From: Okamejei kenojei
Lineage: Eukaryota
Reading direction: 5' to 3'
Length of the DNA: 64,000 nt
NCBI GenBank assembly: GCA_035221665.1
Contig: CM069154.1
Span: forward strand, 5,828,001-5,892,000
Of the stretch, positions 1-12,400 are shown piece by piece (within the stretch, counting starts at the first letter, position 1; the number at the start of each line of letters is the position of its first letter). The notes under the pieces are model-generated. The model had not been told where the DNA came from, searched no databases, and saw only the letters and a program-made list of their open reading frames with translations. The position numbers and the translations under genes are program-made.

Positions 1-250
1 GATATATGTTGACCTGGAACAATGATTTGTGAATGGGAGATCAAATCTAGCAAAGCAACTGGCCTATTGTTAATTAAATTCCAGGAATACAAAAGTAACA
101 TCAGCAGTGGTATCCGTGAAACCTAGTTAGAGATGCAGTGTGGAAATGGGCCTTTCAACCCACTGAGTCCATACTGACCAGCGAACAGCCGTATACTAGT
201 TCCAACCACACTGAGGACAATTTTCAAAAACTACTTAACTTAAAAACCTG

Positions 251-478
251 TGTAGAAAGGAATTGCAGATGCTGGTTTATACTGAAGATAGATGTGAGGT
301 GCTGGAGTAACTCAATGGTTATATAGCATTTCTGCTGACAAAGGATGGGTGACATTTCAGTTCTGGACCCTTCATACCCCGTTTGAAGAATGGCCCCAAT
401 TTGAAACGTCACCCAACCTTTTACTCAAGAGATGTTGCCTGACACATTGAGTTACTCCAACAATTTATGTCTATCTTC
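251..478. mobile_element. Penelope-like element 3' end in fold-back (inverted) arrangement, inserted in a SINE
   Basis: aggaattgcagatgctggttt...gctggagtaactca...ggtgacatttc is followed by its inverted counterpart (gaaacgtcacc...gagttactcca). Flanks are near-duplicated aacttaaaaacctg / aacttacaaacttg SINE sequence. Confidence 0.65.
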
Positions 479-514
479 AACTTACAAACTTGCACGTCTT
501 TGGGATTACAGTGG

Positions 515-735
515 ATGCTATTTGCATAGAGTTTGTATGTTTGCCCTTTGACCGCATAGGTTTTCTCAGTTTGCTCTGGTTTCCTGCCACATTCCAAATA
601 CATGCAGGCTTGTAGGTTAATTGGTTTCTGTAAATCGGTGTGTAGGATAGAATTATTGTGCAAGATAGAATGGGTGATCACTGGTCAGTGCAGACTCGGA
701 GGGCCGAAGGGCCTGTTTCCATGAGGTATCTTTAA
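515..735 (+). mobile_element. HE1-type SINE fragment
   Basis: Core ggtttcctgccacattcc...ttgtaggttaattgg and the CR1-derived tail gggccgaagggcctgtttcc. Confidence 0.75.
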
Positions 736-894
736 GTATAAATACAGAGTGCAGAATATAGTTCTCAGCATAGTAACACATCAGTTCCATATACAAAGTC
801 CAATGTCTACCATGGGGTAGAGGTGAATTTGACAGTACCCTTGTTTATGTAAGTGCCATTAATGTTAAAATGAGGCTGAGCATTGCATGACTAG

Positions 895-1955
895 GAGTAG
901 GAGAGTAGGAGTAAACGGGTCCTTTTCAGAATGGCAGGCAGTGACTAGTGGGGTACCGCAAGGCTCGGTGCTGAGACCCCAGCTATTTGCAATATATATT
1001 AATGATTTGGACGAGGGAATTGAATGCAACATCTCCAAGTTTGCGGATGACACGAAGCTGGGTGCAGTGTTAGCTGTGAGGAGGATGCTAGGAGGCTGCA
1101 AGGTGACTTGGATAGGTTGGGTGAGTAGGCAAATGCATGGCAGATGCAGTATAATGTTGATAAATGTGAGGTTATCCACTTTGGTGGCAAAAACAGGAAA
1201 GTCGACTATTATTTGAATGGTGACCGATTAGGAAAAGGGGAGATGCAACGAGACCTGGGTGTCATGGTACACCCGTCATTGAAAGTAGGCATGCAGGTGC
1301 AGCAGGCTGTGAAGAAATGGTATGTTAGCATTCATAGCAAAAGGATTTGAGTATAGGTGCAGGGAGGTTCTACTGTAGTTGTACAGGGTTTTGGTGAGAC
1401 CTGGAATATTGCGTACAGTTTTGGTCTCCTAATCTGAGGAAAGACATTGTTGCCATAGAGGGAGTACAGAGAAGGTTCACCAGACCGATTCCTGGGATGT
1501 CAGGACTTTCATATAAAGAAAGACTGGATAGACTCGGCATGTACTCGCTAGAATTTAGAAGCTTGAGGGGGGATCTTATAGAGACTTACAAAATTCTTTA
1601 GGGGTTGGACAGGCTAGATACAGGAAGATTGTTCTCGATGTTGGGGAAGTCCAGAACAAGGGGTCACAGTTTAAGGATAAGGGGGAAGTCTTTTAGGACC
1701 AAGATGAGAAAAATATTTTTCACACAGAGAGTGGTGAATCTGTGGAATTCGCTGCCTCAGAAGGTAGTTGAGGCCAGTTCATTGCCTATATTTAAGAGGG
1801 AGTTAGATGTGGCCCATGTGGCTAAGGGGATCAGGGGGTATGGAGAGAAGGCAGGTACGGGATACTGAGTTGGATGATCAGCCATGATCATATAGAATGG
1901 CGGTGCAGGCTCGAAGGGCCGAATGCACCAATTTTCTATATTTCTATCCTTCTAT
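895..1955 (+). mobile_element. CR1-clade LINE, 5'-truncated RT and 3' UTR, frameshifted
   Basis: Translations give [33 protein letters not shown] and FFTQRVVNLWNSLP, followed by the typical CR1 3' UTR. Confidence 0.92.
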
Positions 1956-2482
1956 GACTAACCCCTGCTTCTATTTCTTATGTTCTGAGTCATCAAGTCA
2001 TGCTTCCAACTCAGTTCAAGTCACGCACCATACTGATTTGAAAATATATCGCTGGGTGTGTCTGAGTCTGGAACACACTTCCCTACTGTGGTGGAACCTT
2101 TGCCAGGACAGCAATGGTTTAAGGAGGCAGCTAACAGCCACTTCAACAAGGGCAGTAGGGAAGGGGCAACACGCACATGCCTTCTCAGCAACACTACAAC
2201 GCCCAAATTCAGATGGTGAGGAAATTCAGGTTTTCCCACTTCTGCAATAGTTTTAGAAAGCAGTGTGCAGAAGTGGTGACAGTTAAAAAAAAATCTCATG
2301 AGTGTGGTGATGTTTTCGACAAAATAGTTTTTACCACATTTCCGTTTTTTTTTAATCACGAGCATTCAGAGCCTGCTTTATTGATAAGCAAGTAATTTAC
2401 CAAACATGGTTGGCTTTAATTAAACCAAGACTAAATAAGGTGCAAATAAAATGTTGCGTTCATGCATAATTGTGAAGTTAAT

Positions 2483-2752
2483 TGCCTCAAAGCACCAGGA
2501 GATCCGGATTTGATCCTGACCTGGGGTGCTGATTGTGTGGAGCATGCAGGTTGACCGCCTAGGTTTCCTCTAGGTGCTCTGACCTCCTCCCACATCCCAA
2601 AGACGTACAGGTTTGTAGACTAATTGGCCTCAGTAGAGAGTTGATGGGAAAGTGGAATAACATCTACGTGTGAACGGTGATCAATGGTTGGTGTGGACTT
2701 GATGGGCCGAAGGGCCTGTTTCCATGCTTTATCTCTCAACTAAACTAAACTA
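2483..2752 (+). mobile_element. HE1-type SINE
   Basis: tRNA-like head remnant, conserved core and (taaac)n tail. Confidence 0.75.
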
Positions 2753-3054
2753 GTTCCTGACACTGAGCTTTAGCAACCTGCAGTGCACATTGGCAACTTG
2801 AGATGTGTACACAAAATGGTTTCTGATCTTTGGCTCAAAGAATGAGGAATTGGTTATTGACTTCCAAAAATAACCAACCCTGCTGTTAATGCTATGTGAC
2901 AATCATAAATAGTTCCCTATTTCATGTAATTCTGTGTGAATCTTCTCACATCTCTGCTGGAATATTGGAGAATTCTCAGGGGAATTGCCATTGTTGTGTC
3001 GCAAGCAATCAGGAGAAACACTAAAGGTTTAACGGTCGAAATTACACAGGGTCT

Positions 3055-3393
3055 CACAATGGCACAGTGGTACAGTTTGTTCCTCACAGCGCCAGAGACC
3101 CATGTTTGATCCTGACTATGGGTGCTGTCTGTACACAATTTGTGACCCGTGACCTGTGTGAGTTTTCTCCGGGATCTCTGGTTTCCTCCCACACTCCAAA
3201 GACGTACAGGTTTGTAGGTTAATTGTCTTGGTATAATTGTAAATTGTCCCTAGTGTGCGTAGGATACTGCTAGTTTGTGGGGATCGCTGGTTAGTGCGGA
3301 CTAGGTGGCCGAAGGGCCTGCTTCCATGCTGTATCTTGAAACTAGACTAAACTACACTAAACTGAACTAAACTGAACTACACTAAACTAAACT
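3055..3393 (+). mobile_element. HE1-type SINE, near full length
   Basis: A-box-like tggcacagtgg, B-box-like gtttgatcc, core ggtttcctcccacactccaaagacgtacagg, CR1-type tail and (taaac)n. Confidence 0.85.
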
Positions 3394-4696
3394 GTACACA
3401 TAATGAAAACACAATGGCTGAAAAAATGGCTATTCAATTGACAACAAAGAAAGCTGATAAATCAGTGCTTTGACAAACTATCGTCTGTTGTTACCTCTTC
3501 TGTAAACGCTAGTCATTGCTATCACTGTTATGAACAAACATGAACATTCTCAGTTCTGAAAATACACCCAGTGTGAAGCTTTACACTTCAGCACATATGT
3601 AATGGAGGAAGACGTAGCTGGGATGGCACGGCTGTGACATAGTTCCTCCCACATTCATTGCAGCCAAAGTGGAGCACTAGATGAGGAAATTCAACTGTTT
3701 CGAGACTATTTAGGCAACGGAGGCCAGCTGGAACAAACTTTGAGGTTCTCGTTGAACAAGCTGTCAGTGGGTAGATATAATTGAAGTAAAATCACTCGGT
3801 GACCAGTTTGAACAGCTTTTCTTCAGAGGCTGATCCCCCCCCCCCCCCCCACTTTCTGCTTAGCAGCCTGCAGTCATGGGTTTAACAGAGATTATTCAAG
3901 TTCAAGTTCACATTTATTATCACATGCACCAATTAAGGTACAGCGATATTTGAGTTACCATACAGCCTTACAAGTTAAAATAACACCATACACAATAGAA
4001 TTTAATATAAACATCCATTAGTGCAGATTCTTGATTAGTACAGGTGTCAGAGGTTATTGGGAGAAGGCAGGAGAATGGGGTAAGGAGGGAGAGATAGATC
4101 AGTCATGATTGAATGGCAAGGTCGACTTGATGGGCTCAATGACATAATTCTGCTCCTATCACTTATGATCTTGTGACCTTATACCTCGGTACATGTGACA
4201 ATAAACTAAACTGAACTGAGAAAAAAAGTTTTCCCTTCTATTGGGGAGCAGTGACCTTGAAAGGGAACTAATGCTTTGAAAGCACAGCGTTTACACCAGA
4301 TCAGTCGGCCAGTCGATGGCGTGCGTGTGATCAACAGGAACATATTGAGAATAGTCCTTGTTCTTCAGTTCACTGCATGGTTTTCAGTGTTGAAAGAACT
4401 GATGAGTTATGGGTCAGTGGTGCAGAGTAACAGACCACTCTCGCCCTGGAAGGCAAAGAACGAAAGACAATTTGCATTTTGCAGAACAGAATTGAGTCTT
4501 TGTGTCCTGCAAATTTGTACATGGCAATCATCATTATACACACATGCTGAACAAAAGGAATAAAATCAGAGAACTCCAAAATCCCCGACAGGTTGGGCAA
4601 CCGGCAGCTCACCTGTGACTTCTTGTACATTGTCCCTAGTGTGTCGGATAGAACTTGTGCAAAAGAGAAGCAAACTACTGATTTATCAGTATGTTT

Positions 4697-5183
4697 AGGT
4701 TCAATTTAGACATACGGCAATGAAATAGGTCCTTCGGCCCACCCAGTCCACGCCGACCAGCGATCCCCGCGCACTCACACTATCCTTCACACACTAAGGA
4801 CAATTTAGAATTTTACCAAGCCAAGTACTGCACTTCTTTGGAGTGTGGGAGGAAACTGGAGCTGCCGGTGAAAACCAACGCAGGTCACGGGGTGAACTCC
4901 GTGCAGACTGCACCCATATATGGGTTATCATTGTTTCCTGGTGGTTACACTGGTCATTGTTTGTCTCCAGAGTTGGGGGAGAATGTGGAGAATAGAGGAT
5001 TATTTTTTATACGGTTTCAGAATCAAGGGGAATATTAATAGAATATGTAAAAGTGTACAATAAGTGGTAGAGAATCAACATGTGGGATTGCTCATAAAGG
5101 ATCATAGAGGACCCATAAAGGATCAAACCCGGGTCTCTGGCGCTGTGAGGCAGCAGCTCTACTAATACGTCACTGTGCCACCC
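4697..5183 (-). mobile_element. HE1-type SINE interrupted by a ~190-bp insertion (4919-5110)
   Basis: The SINE halves rejoin across a direct repeat acccata (4912-4918 and 5111-5117). Confidence 0.75.
4921..5093. repeat. Inverted repeat arm 1 (partner 7106-7294)
   Basis: gggttatcattgtttc...gagttgggggagaatgt...gagaatcaacatgtgggattgc is a diverged reverse complement of 7106-7294. Confidence 0.85.
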
Positions 5184-5342
5184 TATAAGGAATATGTAAC
5201 TACAAGGAACTGCAGATGCAGGCTTATCCCAAAGAAAGTTCATGTTCATGTCATAGGAACAGAATTAGGCCATTTGATCCATTGAGTCTACTCTGCCATT
5301 GTCATGAATAACCTATCTCTCCCTCTCAACCCCATTCTCCTC

Positions 5343-5700
5343 ATTTGTCGAATTTTTGGAAGCATATGATGCAACAAAATCGAAGAAGCTAACTGTTTCA
5401 GGATTGGGTGAGGGATGGTCAAGAATATAGATAACGATCTCCTTAATCTCTTACTTTCTACTCTTTTTCTTTCTTTTTTTCAATTTTCTTCTTTCACACT
5501 TTTTTCCTTTTCACACACTATATATCACACGTTTCTCTATCTTTTATTATCTATACTCTCTTTTTCTTTTTCATTATTAAAAAAAAATAAGAAGCTGTAC
5601 ATAAAATGCAATATGGCAATATATATTAGGCACCTTGGTGCCATATTCCTGTACTTCTAATAAAATAAAATAAAAATAAATAAATAAATAAAATAAAAAT
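5343..5700 (+). mobile_element. L1-like 3' end with A-rich tail, inserted in a CR1 3' UTR
   Basis: Pyrimidine-rich 3' UTR, aataaa and (taaaa)n tail. cattctc is repeated on both sides. Confidence 0.55.
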
Positions 5701-6396
5701 CATTCTCTTGCCTTCTCCGCGTGGCCTTTGACCCTTGTACTAATCAAGAACCTGTCAATCTCTGCTGGATATTCCTTGCTTTCGCCTGACATAATGGACT
5801 GAATAGGTGGAAAGGACACTTAATTTTTATTATTTCTTAGAAATAGTCATAAAAGGTGTCGGGGATTATGGGCAGAGAGTTGGAGAATGGGATTAAGAGG
5901 GAAAGATTGGGGATGTGAGGGGGGGGGGGAGGGGGGTAATCGGAGCACCCGGAGAAAACCCACGTAATCACAGGGAGAATGTGCAAACTCCACACAGAGA
6001 GCACCTGAGCTCAGGATCAATCCCAGGTTTCTGGCATGTGAGGCAACAGCTTTACCCTTGCAGAGATTGCTATTACACTCCGGATGTCAGGGGTTATGGG
6101 GAAAAGGCAGGAGAATGTGGTTAGGAGGGGGAGATTGATCAGCAACGATCGAATGGTGGAGTAGACTTGATGGGCCGAATGACCTAATTCTGCTCCTATC
6201 ACTAATGAACTTATTAACTTAATACCAGTAAGATGTTCCCTCATCTGTATTAAGGCAGGTCCTGACCTGAAACATGCCCTGTCCATCCCTTCCACAAATG
6301 CTGCCTGACCTGCTGAGTTACTCCAATGCGTTGTCAATGTTGAATTTAAAGATGCAGAAAGGGGTGAATAAAATAAATCTTACCTGTTTTCTTTGC

Positions 6397-6493
6397 CTAC
6401 ATTCTCGCGGTCACAATACCCCAGACAAGCAGAATGGCAAGGAATATCCAACGCATAATGTTCCATATGAAATTGTAGTTAGTATTATGTTTC
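6397..6493 (-). CDS. Receptor 1 transmembrane/terminal coding exon
   Basis: ctctttcctcttag acceptor. Encodes (W)KHNTNYNFIWNIMRWIFLAILLVWGIVTARM*. A donor cag|gtaag follows 13 nt after the stop (exon ends 6384). Confidence 0.8.
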
Positions 6494-9400
6494 CTAAGAG
6501 GAAAGAGGCAAAACAGTTTAATCAAAGGCGTTTATTAAGAGTGCAGGTGGATGTGCGTCCGATTATTTGTACTTAGTGTAGAAATAGAGATATCATGCGG
6601 AAACAGGCCCTTCGGCCCACTGATTCTGTGCCGACCAATGATCCCTGCATATTAACTATCCTACGCACACTAAGGACAATTTACATTTGCACCAAGCCAA
6701 TTTACCTACATACCTGTACCTCTTTGGAGTGTGGGAGGAAACCGAAGATCTCGGAGGAAACCCATGCAGTCATGGGAGAACGTACAAACTCCATACAGAC
6801 AGCACCCATAGTTAGGATTGAACCCAGGTTGTGTAAGGCAGCAACTCTACAGCTGCGCCACAGTGCCACCCGTGTTTGCTTGGGCAAGACTGTTGGGGAC
6901 ACAAAGTGCAGGAGTAACTCTGCAGTTCAGGGACCATCTCTGGAGTTTAGCGATAGGTAATATTTTGGGTCAGGACCCTTCTTCAGACTTCTGTAAATTG
7001 TCCACAGGGTATAGGATGGAACAAGAATGCAGGTGATCATATGTCGGCATGGACTTAGTGGGCCAAGGGACCTATCTTCACGTTGTATCACTAAACAAAA
7101 CTAAAGTGCAATCCAACAAGTTGATTCTCTGCCACATATTGTAGACTTTAACTTGTTCTATAATATTCCCCTGCTTTTACTTGTTCTATAATATTCTGAA
7201 ACGGTATAAAAATAATCCTTCATTCTCTACATTCTCCCCCAACTCTATAGACAAACATTGACCAGTGCAACCAGCAAGAAACAATGATAACCCCTTGTAC
7301 AGAAGTAATGTTTTATTCATCACTATAGCTATGTAGATATAGGGTAAGTGCTCAGTAGATATAACTTTATAAAGATTTAGCCTTTACCAGATATCCTTTG
7401 CCGTTGACGTATCTGTGATTGGAAAAAGTAAATGATGACTTGTTAAAATTGAGATCAATTATTGTTGGCTAGTAGTGCAGGTAAATGTCTATAACATGTT
7501 TAATCTAACTCATCAATTTGTTCACAAACAAAAAGTTAAAATTTAATGTGTAGGTAGGAACTGCAGATGTTGGTTTAATATGAAGATCAACACAAAGAGC
7601 TGGAGTAACCCAGCAGGTCAGGCAGCATCTCCGGAGAAAAGGAATAGATTACGTTTCGGGTCGACACCTTTTTCGAGACTGAGAGTCAGGGGAAAGGGAA
7701 ATGAGAGATGTAGGCGATGACATAGAGAGGTATGGAACAAATGAATGAAAGATATGTGAAACAGTAACGATGATCAAGGAAACAGGCTATTGATAGCTGT
7801 GAGCTAGGTGTAAATGAGTTATACAGACAGAAACTCTCCAGGAAGGCAGTGAAACTAGTACAATGACGAGGTTAAAATTTAAATTGGAGTCATAGAGCCA
7901 TGGAAGAGTCATACAGTGTAGAAATAGGCCCTTAGGCCCAACTTGCCCACAACATGTCCCAGCTACCCTAGTTCCAGCTGCCTGCGGTGGCCCATATCCC
8001 TCCAAACCTATTCTATCCATGTTCCTGTTGAACGGAAATTAAATTAAATGAAAGCTTAAATTAAAGGTTAAATTAAATTAAAATTAATGGTTAAATTAAA
8101 ATTAAGATGAAAATAGGTAAAAATTAATGTTCCAACAGAAAATATCTTAATTTCTTTCTAGAATAATAATTCTGTTAAAAGCTCTGGAAACTGCAAACTA
8201 TATAATAATCCACAATAATAAAACAGCAGACTATATAAGAGCATTAACATTTACAAAAGTATATTCAAGCCTTACTTTCAATGATATTAAGTTTCACACG
8301 ACTTCGCTGGTCAATTAAAACGCTCCTAATCGCACACCAATACCACCCTTCATCATTCAGTGTGAGATGTTCCATGGTGACTGAGAACTCCCTGACTTTG
8401 GTATTATCCGTAATGGATATTCTGCCATCAGACGTTGTCATGTTGTGGCCCATGGTTTGTACCAGAATAGTACAGCTCATCCAGTCACGGCCTTTGCACC
8501 AGTACTTTGGGAATTTGCTGAAATATCGAGCATATGTACAGGTGATATGGACTGATTGCCCCTCTGTTCCATTTACTGCACGTGGTCCACTTAGAGCAGC
8601 ATTTGTAACTGTTCAGTGTGAAAATATAAAACACATATTAAAACATAATATTTGTGACAGATTAATAACTGGAGAACTAAAGGACTTACAAACATATGCT
8701 CCATGTTTAGGTCCATTATTGTCAAGTGTACCACAGTACAGTGGAAAGCTTTGTTTTGCCTGCAATCCAAGCACTAAACGTTATTCCCTTTATCCTGTAT
8801 GTGTACACTGTGGATGACTTGATTGTAATCATGTAAAGTCTTTCGGCTGACTGGATAGCACGCAACAAAAAGCTTTTCACTATATCTCGGTACATGTGAC
8901 AATAATAAACTAAACTAAACTAAACTAACCATCAATGCAATCATCCTACTGAAGTACAATAGATAGAGCAAAGGGGAAGCTACAGAGTGCAGAATAGTTC
9001 TAATCATTGTGGTGCATCAGTTTCATAGACAAAGTACAATGTCTGCTATGGGATAGAGGTGATTAGGACAGTACCCAAGCTTACGGAAGTAGTGTTCTGC
9101 AGCTTGATTACAGAGGGAAAGATGTTCCTGAGTCTGGTGGAGCATTGTTTCAAGCTTATGTACGTTCTGCTGGATGGGAACAGGAAGAAGGAATGACTCG
9201 GATGAGACAAGTGTTTAATTCCGTTGGCTGCTTTTCCAATGTCCTCTATAAAGATTACTATCTAAATGGCATCAAGTTAGATTACTATCTAACTAGCGTC
9301 AAGTTGGGAAAAGGGGAAGTACAACAGGATCTGGGAGTCATTGTTCATCAGTCTATGAAAGTAAGCATGCAGGTACAACTTGCAGTGAAGAAAGCGAATG

Positions 9401-12400
9401 GCATGTTGGCCTTTATAACAAGAGGAATCAATCAGCACGGGAGCACCTCAAGGCTGCATGCTCAGCCCCCTGCTGTACTCACTATATACTCATGACTGCA
9501 TAGCCGGTCATAGTGCGAACTCCATCATCAGGTTCGCATACGACACCACTGTTGTGGGACGTATCACTGATGGGGATGAGTCAGAGTATAGAAGAGAGAT
9601 CGAGCGACTGTCCATATGGTGCCAGCACAATAACCTGGCTCTCAACACCAGCAAAACCAAGGAACTGATTGTGGACTTTGGAAGGAGTAGGATGGGGGGA
9701 CACAGTCCTGTTTATATCAACGGGTCGATGGTTGAAAGGGTCAAGAGCTTCAAATTCCTGGGCGTGCACATCTGTGAAGATCTTTCCTGGTCCGAGAACA
9801 CAGATGCAATTATTAAGAAAGCTCATCAGCGCCTCTACTTCCTGAGAAGATTACAGAGATTCGGTCTGTCAAGGAGGACTCCCTCTAACGTCTACAGGGG
9901 CACAGTAGAGAGCTTGTTGACCGGTTGCATCGTTGCTTGGTTCGGCAACTTGAGCGCCCTGGAGAGGAAAAGACTACAAAAAGTAGTAAACACTGCCCAG
10001 TCCATCATCGGCTCTGACCTTCCTTCCATCGAGGCGATCTATCACAGTCGCTGCCTCAAAAAGGCTGGCAGCATCAACAAGGACCCACACCATCCTGGCC
10101 ACAGACTCATCTCCCTGCTACCTTCGGGTAGAAGGTACAGGAGCCTGAGGACTGCAATGACAAGGTTCAGGAATAGCTACTTCCCCACAGCCATCAGGCT
10201 ATTAAACTTAGCTCGGACAAACCTCTGAACATTAATATCCCTCCATCTGTTATTTGCACATTATCAATTTATTCATTCAAATGTGTATTTACGTATATAA
10301 TGGTATATAGACACACTGATCTGTTTTGTAGTCAATGCCTGCTATGTTCTGTTGTGCTATGCAAAGAAAAAAATTCATTGTCCTGTCAGGGACACATGAC
10401 AATAAACTCTTTTGACTTTTGACTTTGACTTTGAATCGAATATAGGAGCAAAGAGGTCCTTCTGCAGTTGTACAGAGTCCCATTAAGACCACACATGGAG
10501 TATTGTGTGCAGTTGTGGTCCCCTAATTTGAGGAAGGACATTCTTGCTATTGAGGGAGTGCAGTGTAGGTTTACAAGGTTAATTCCCGGGATGGTGGGAC
10601 TGTCATATGCTGAGAGAATGGAGCAGCTGGGCTTGTACACCCTGGAGTTTAGAAGGATGAGAGGATATCTCATTGAAACATATAAGATTGTTAAGGGTTT
10701 GGACACGTTAGAGGCAGGAAACATGTTCCCGATATTGGGGGAGTCCAGAATCAGGGGCCACAGTTTAAGAATAAGAAGTAAGCCATTTAGAAGGGAGACG
10801 AGGAAACACTTTTTCTCACAGTGGGTTGTGAGTCTGTGGAATTCTCTGCCTAAGAGGGCGATGTAGGTTCTGTGGATGCTTTCAAGAGAGAGCTAGATAG
10901 GGTTCTTAAAAATAGCGGAGTCAGGGGATATGGGGAGAAGGCAGGAACGGGGTACTGATTGGGGATGATCAGCCATGATCACATTGAATGGTGGTGCTGG
11001 CTCGAAGGGCCGAATAGCCTACTCATGCACCTATTGTATATAGTCTATTGTCTATTGTCTATTGTCTATTGTCTCTCTCATCAAATTCTAATTCACCCTA
11101 CATAGAGTCATAAAGTGATATAGCATGAAAATAAGCCCTTCGGCCCAACTTGCCCACACCAGCCAACATGTCCCAGTTACACTAATCCCAACTGCCCATG
11201 TTTGGCCCATATCCCTCCAAACATGTCCTATCTATGTACGTGTTTAACTGTTTCTGGAATGTTGGGATAGTTCCAGCCTCAACTATCTCCTCTGGCAACT
11301 TGTTCCATACGCCTACCACCCTACATGTGAAAAAGTTACCCCTCAAATTTCTATTAAACCTTTTCCCCTTCACCTTAATCTTATGTCCTCTGGTCCACAA
11401 TTCACCTAATCTCAGCAAGAGACATCTGCTTCATTTGAATGTTTAAATGTGAAACTGGCAGATCATAATTTCTTGCTGCATAAAATATTATGTCCTTACT
11501 TCATTCCGAGATATATGTACATTGTTTTAAGTACTTTTTTTTCACTTCCTGAACTCCTCACATAATTGAAACGGTTTCACAAACGGGACAGCGAGATTCC
11601 AAGGAATGCCAAAGTTTAACCAAGCTGGAAGCTCTTAAAAAATATTCTGCTTTTCCTTGCTTCATGTCAAGTTAGATAATTTCACAATTCTTCATATCAT
11701 ATTGCACTTGTTTTTTCCCCAATCACCTAACCATCCTTATACTGACACGATATGGCTCAGAACAGGACATGAAGTGCTGGAGTAACTCAGCGGGTTAGGC
11801 AGCATCTGTGGAGAAGGAGAAACAACATTTTTGGGTTGGCTTCCAGCCCAGTTAGTGAAGCCGAAATCGATTAAAAAGTATAGATAACAGATAAGTGTGC
11901 TCGGAATTAAAATGCTTAAAATGGCTTTAATTATTTGGAAAGAAAATTCAAGTCAATCTATCAAGAACAGATGCTGCACAAAGCAGAAGGAAACAAGGAT
12001 GACTTGAAACATTTCCAAACAATTTGCATACAATCATGAGGTTTTTAATGCAATCACTGTCGTAATGTAGGAGGTAAGAGGACTGATTTGTGTGCATCAA
12101 CCTCCCACAAGTACAAAGAGGGGTCGGACACTCAGATTCGATCATCCAGTTCCCATTGTTGGGTATGTTTGATCTTCTGCGAACAATATACATTGCAGAA
12201 TATAGAGGTTGGATAATGGAGACTGAATGATTTCCCATCCATACAAGCGAACTCAGTTTAGTTTAGTTTGGAGATACAGCGCGGAAACTGGCTTGTCGGC
12301 CCACCAAGTCCAAGCCGACCTGCGATTCGAGCACATGAGCACTAACATACATACACTAGGGCCAATTTACAATTATACCGAGCCAATTAACATATATGTG

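Noticed and set aside
8281-8817. 178-aa plus-strand ORF
   Set aside because: It is the antisense shadow of the V exon running into intron and repeat sequence, with no recognisable motifs.
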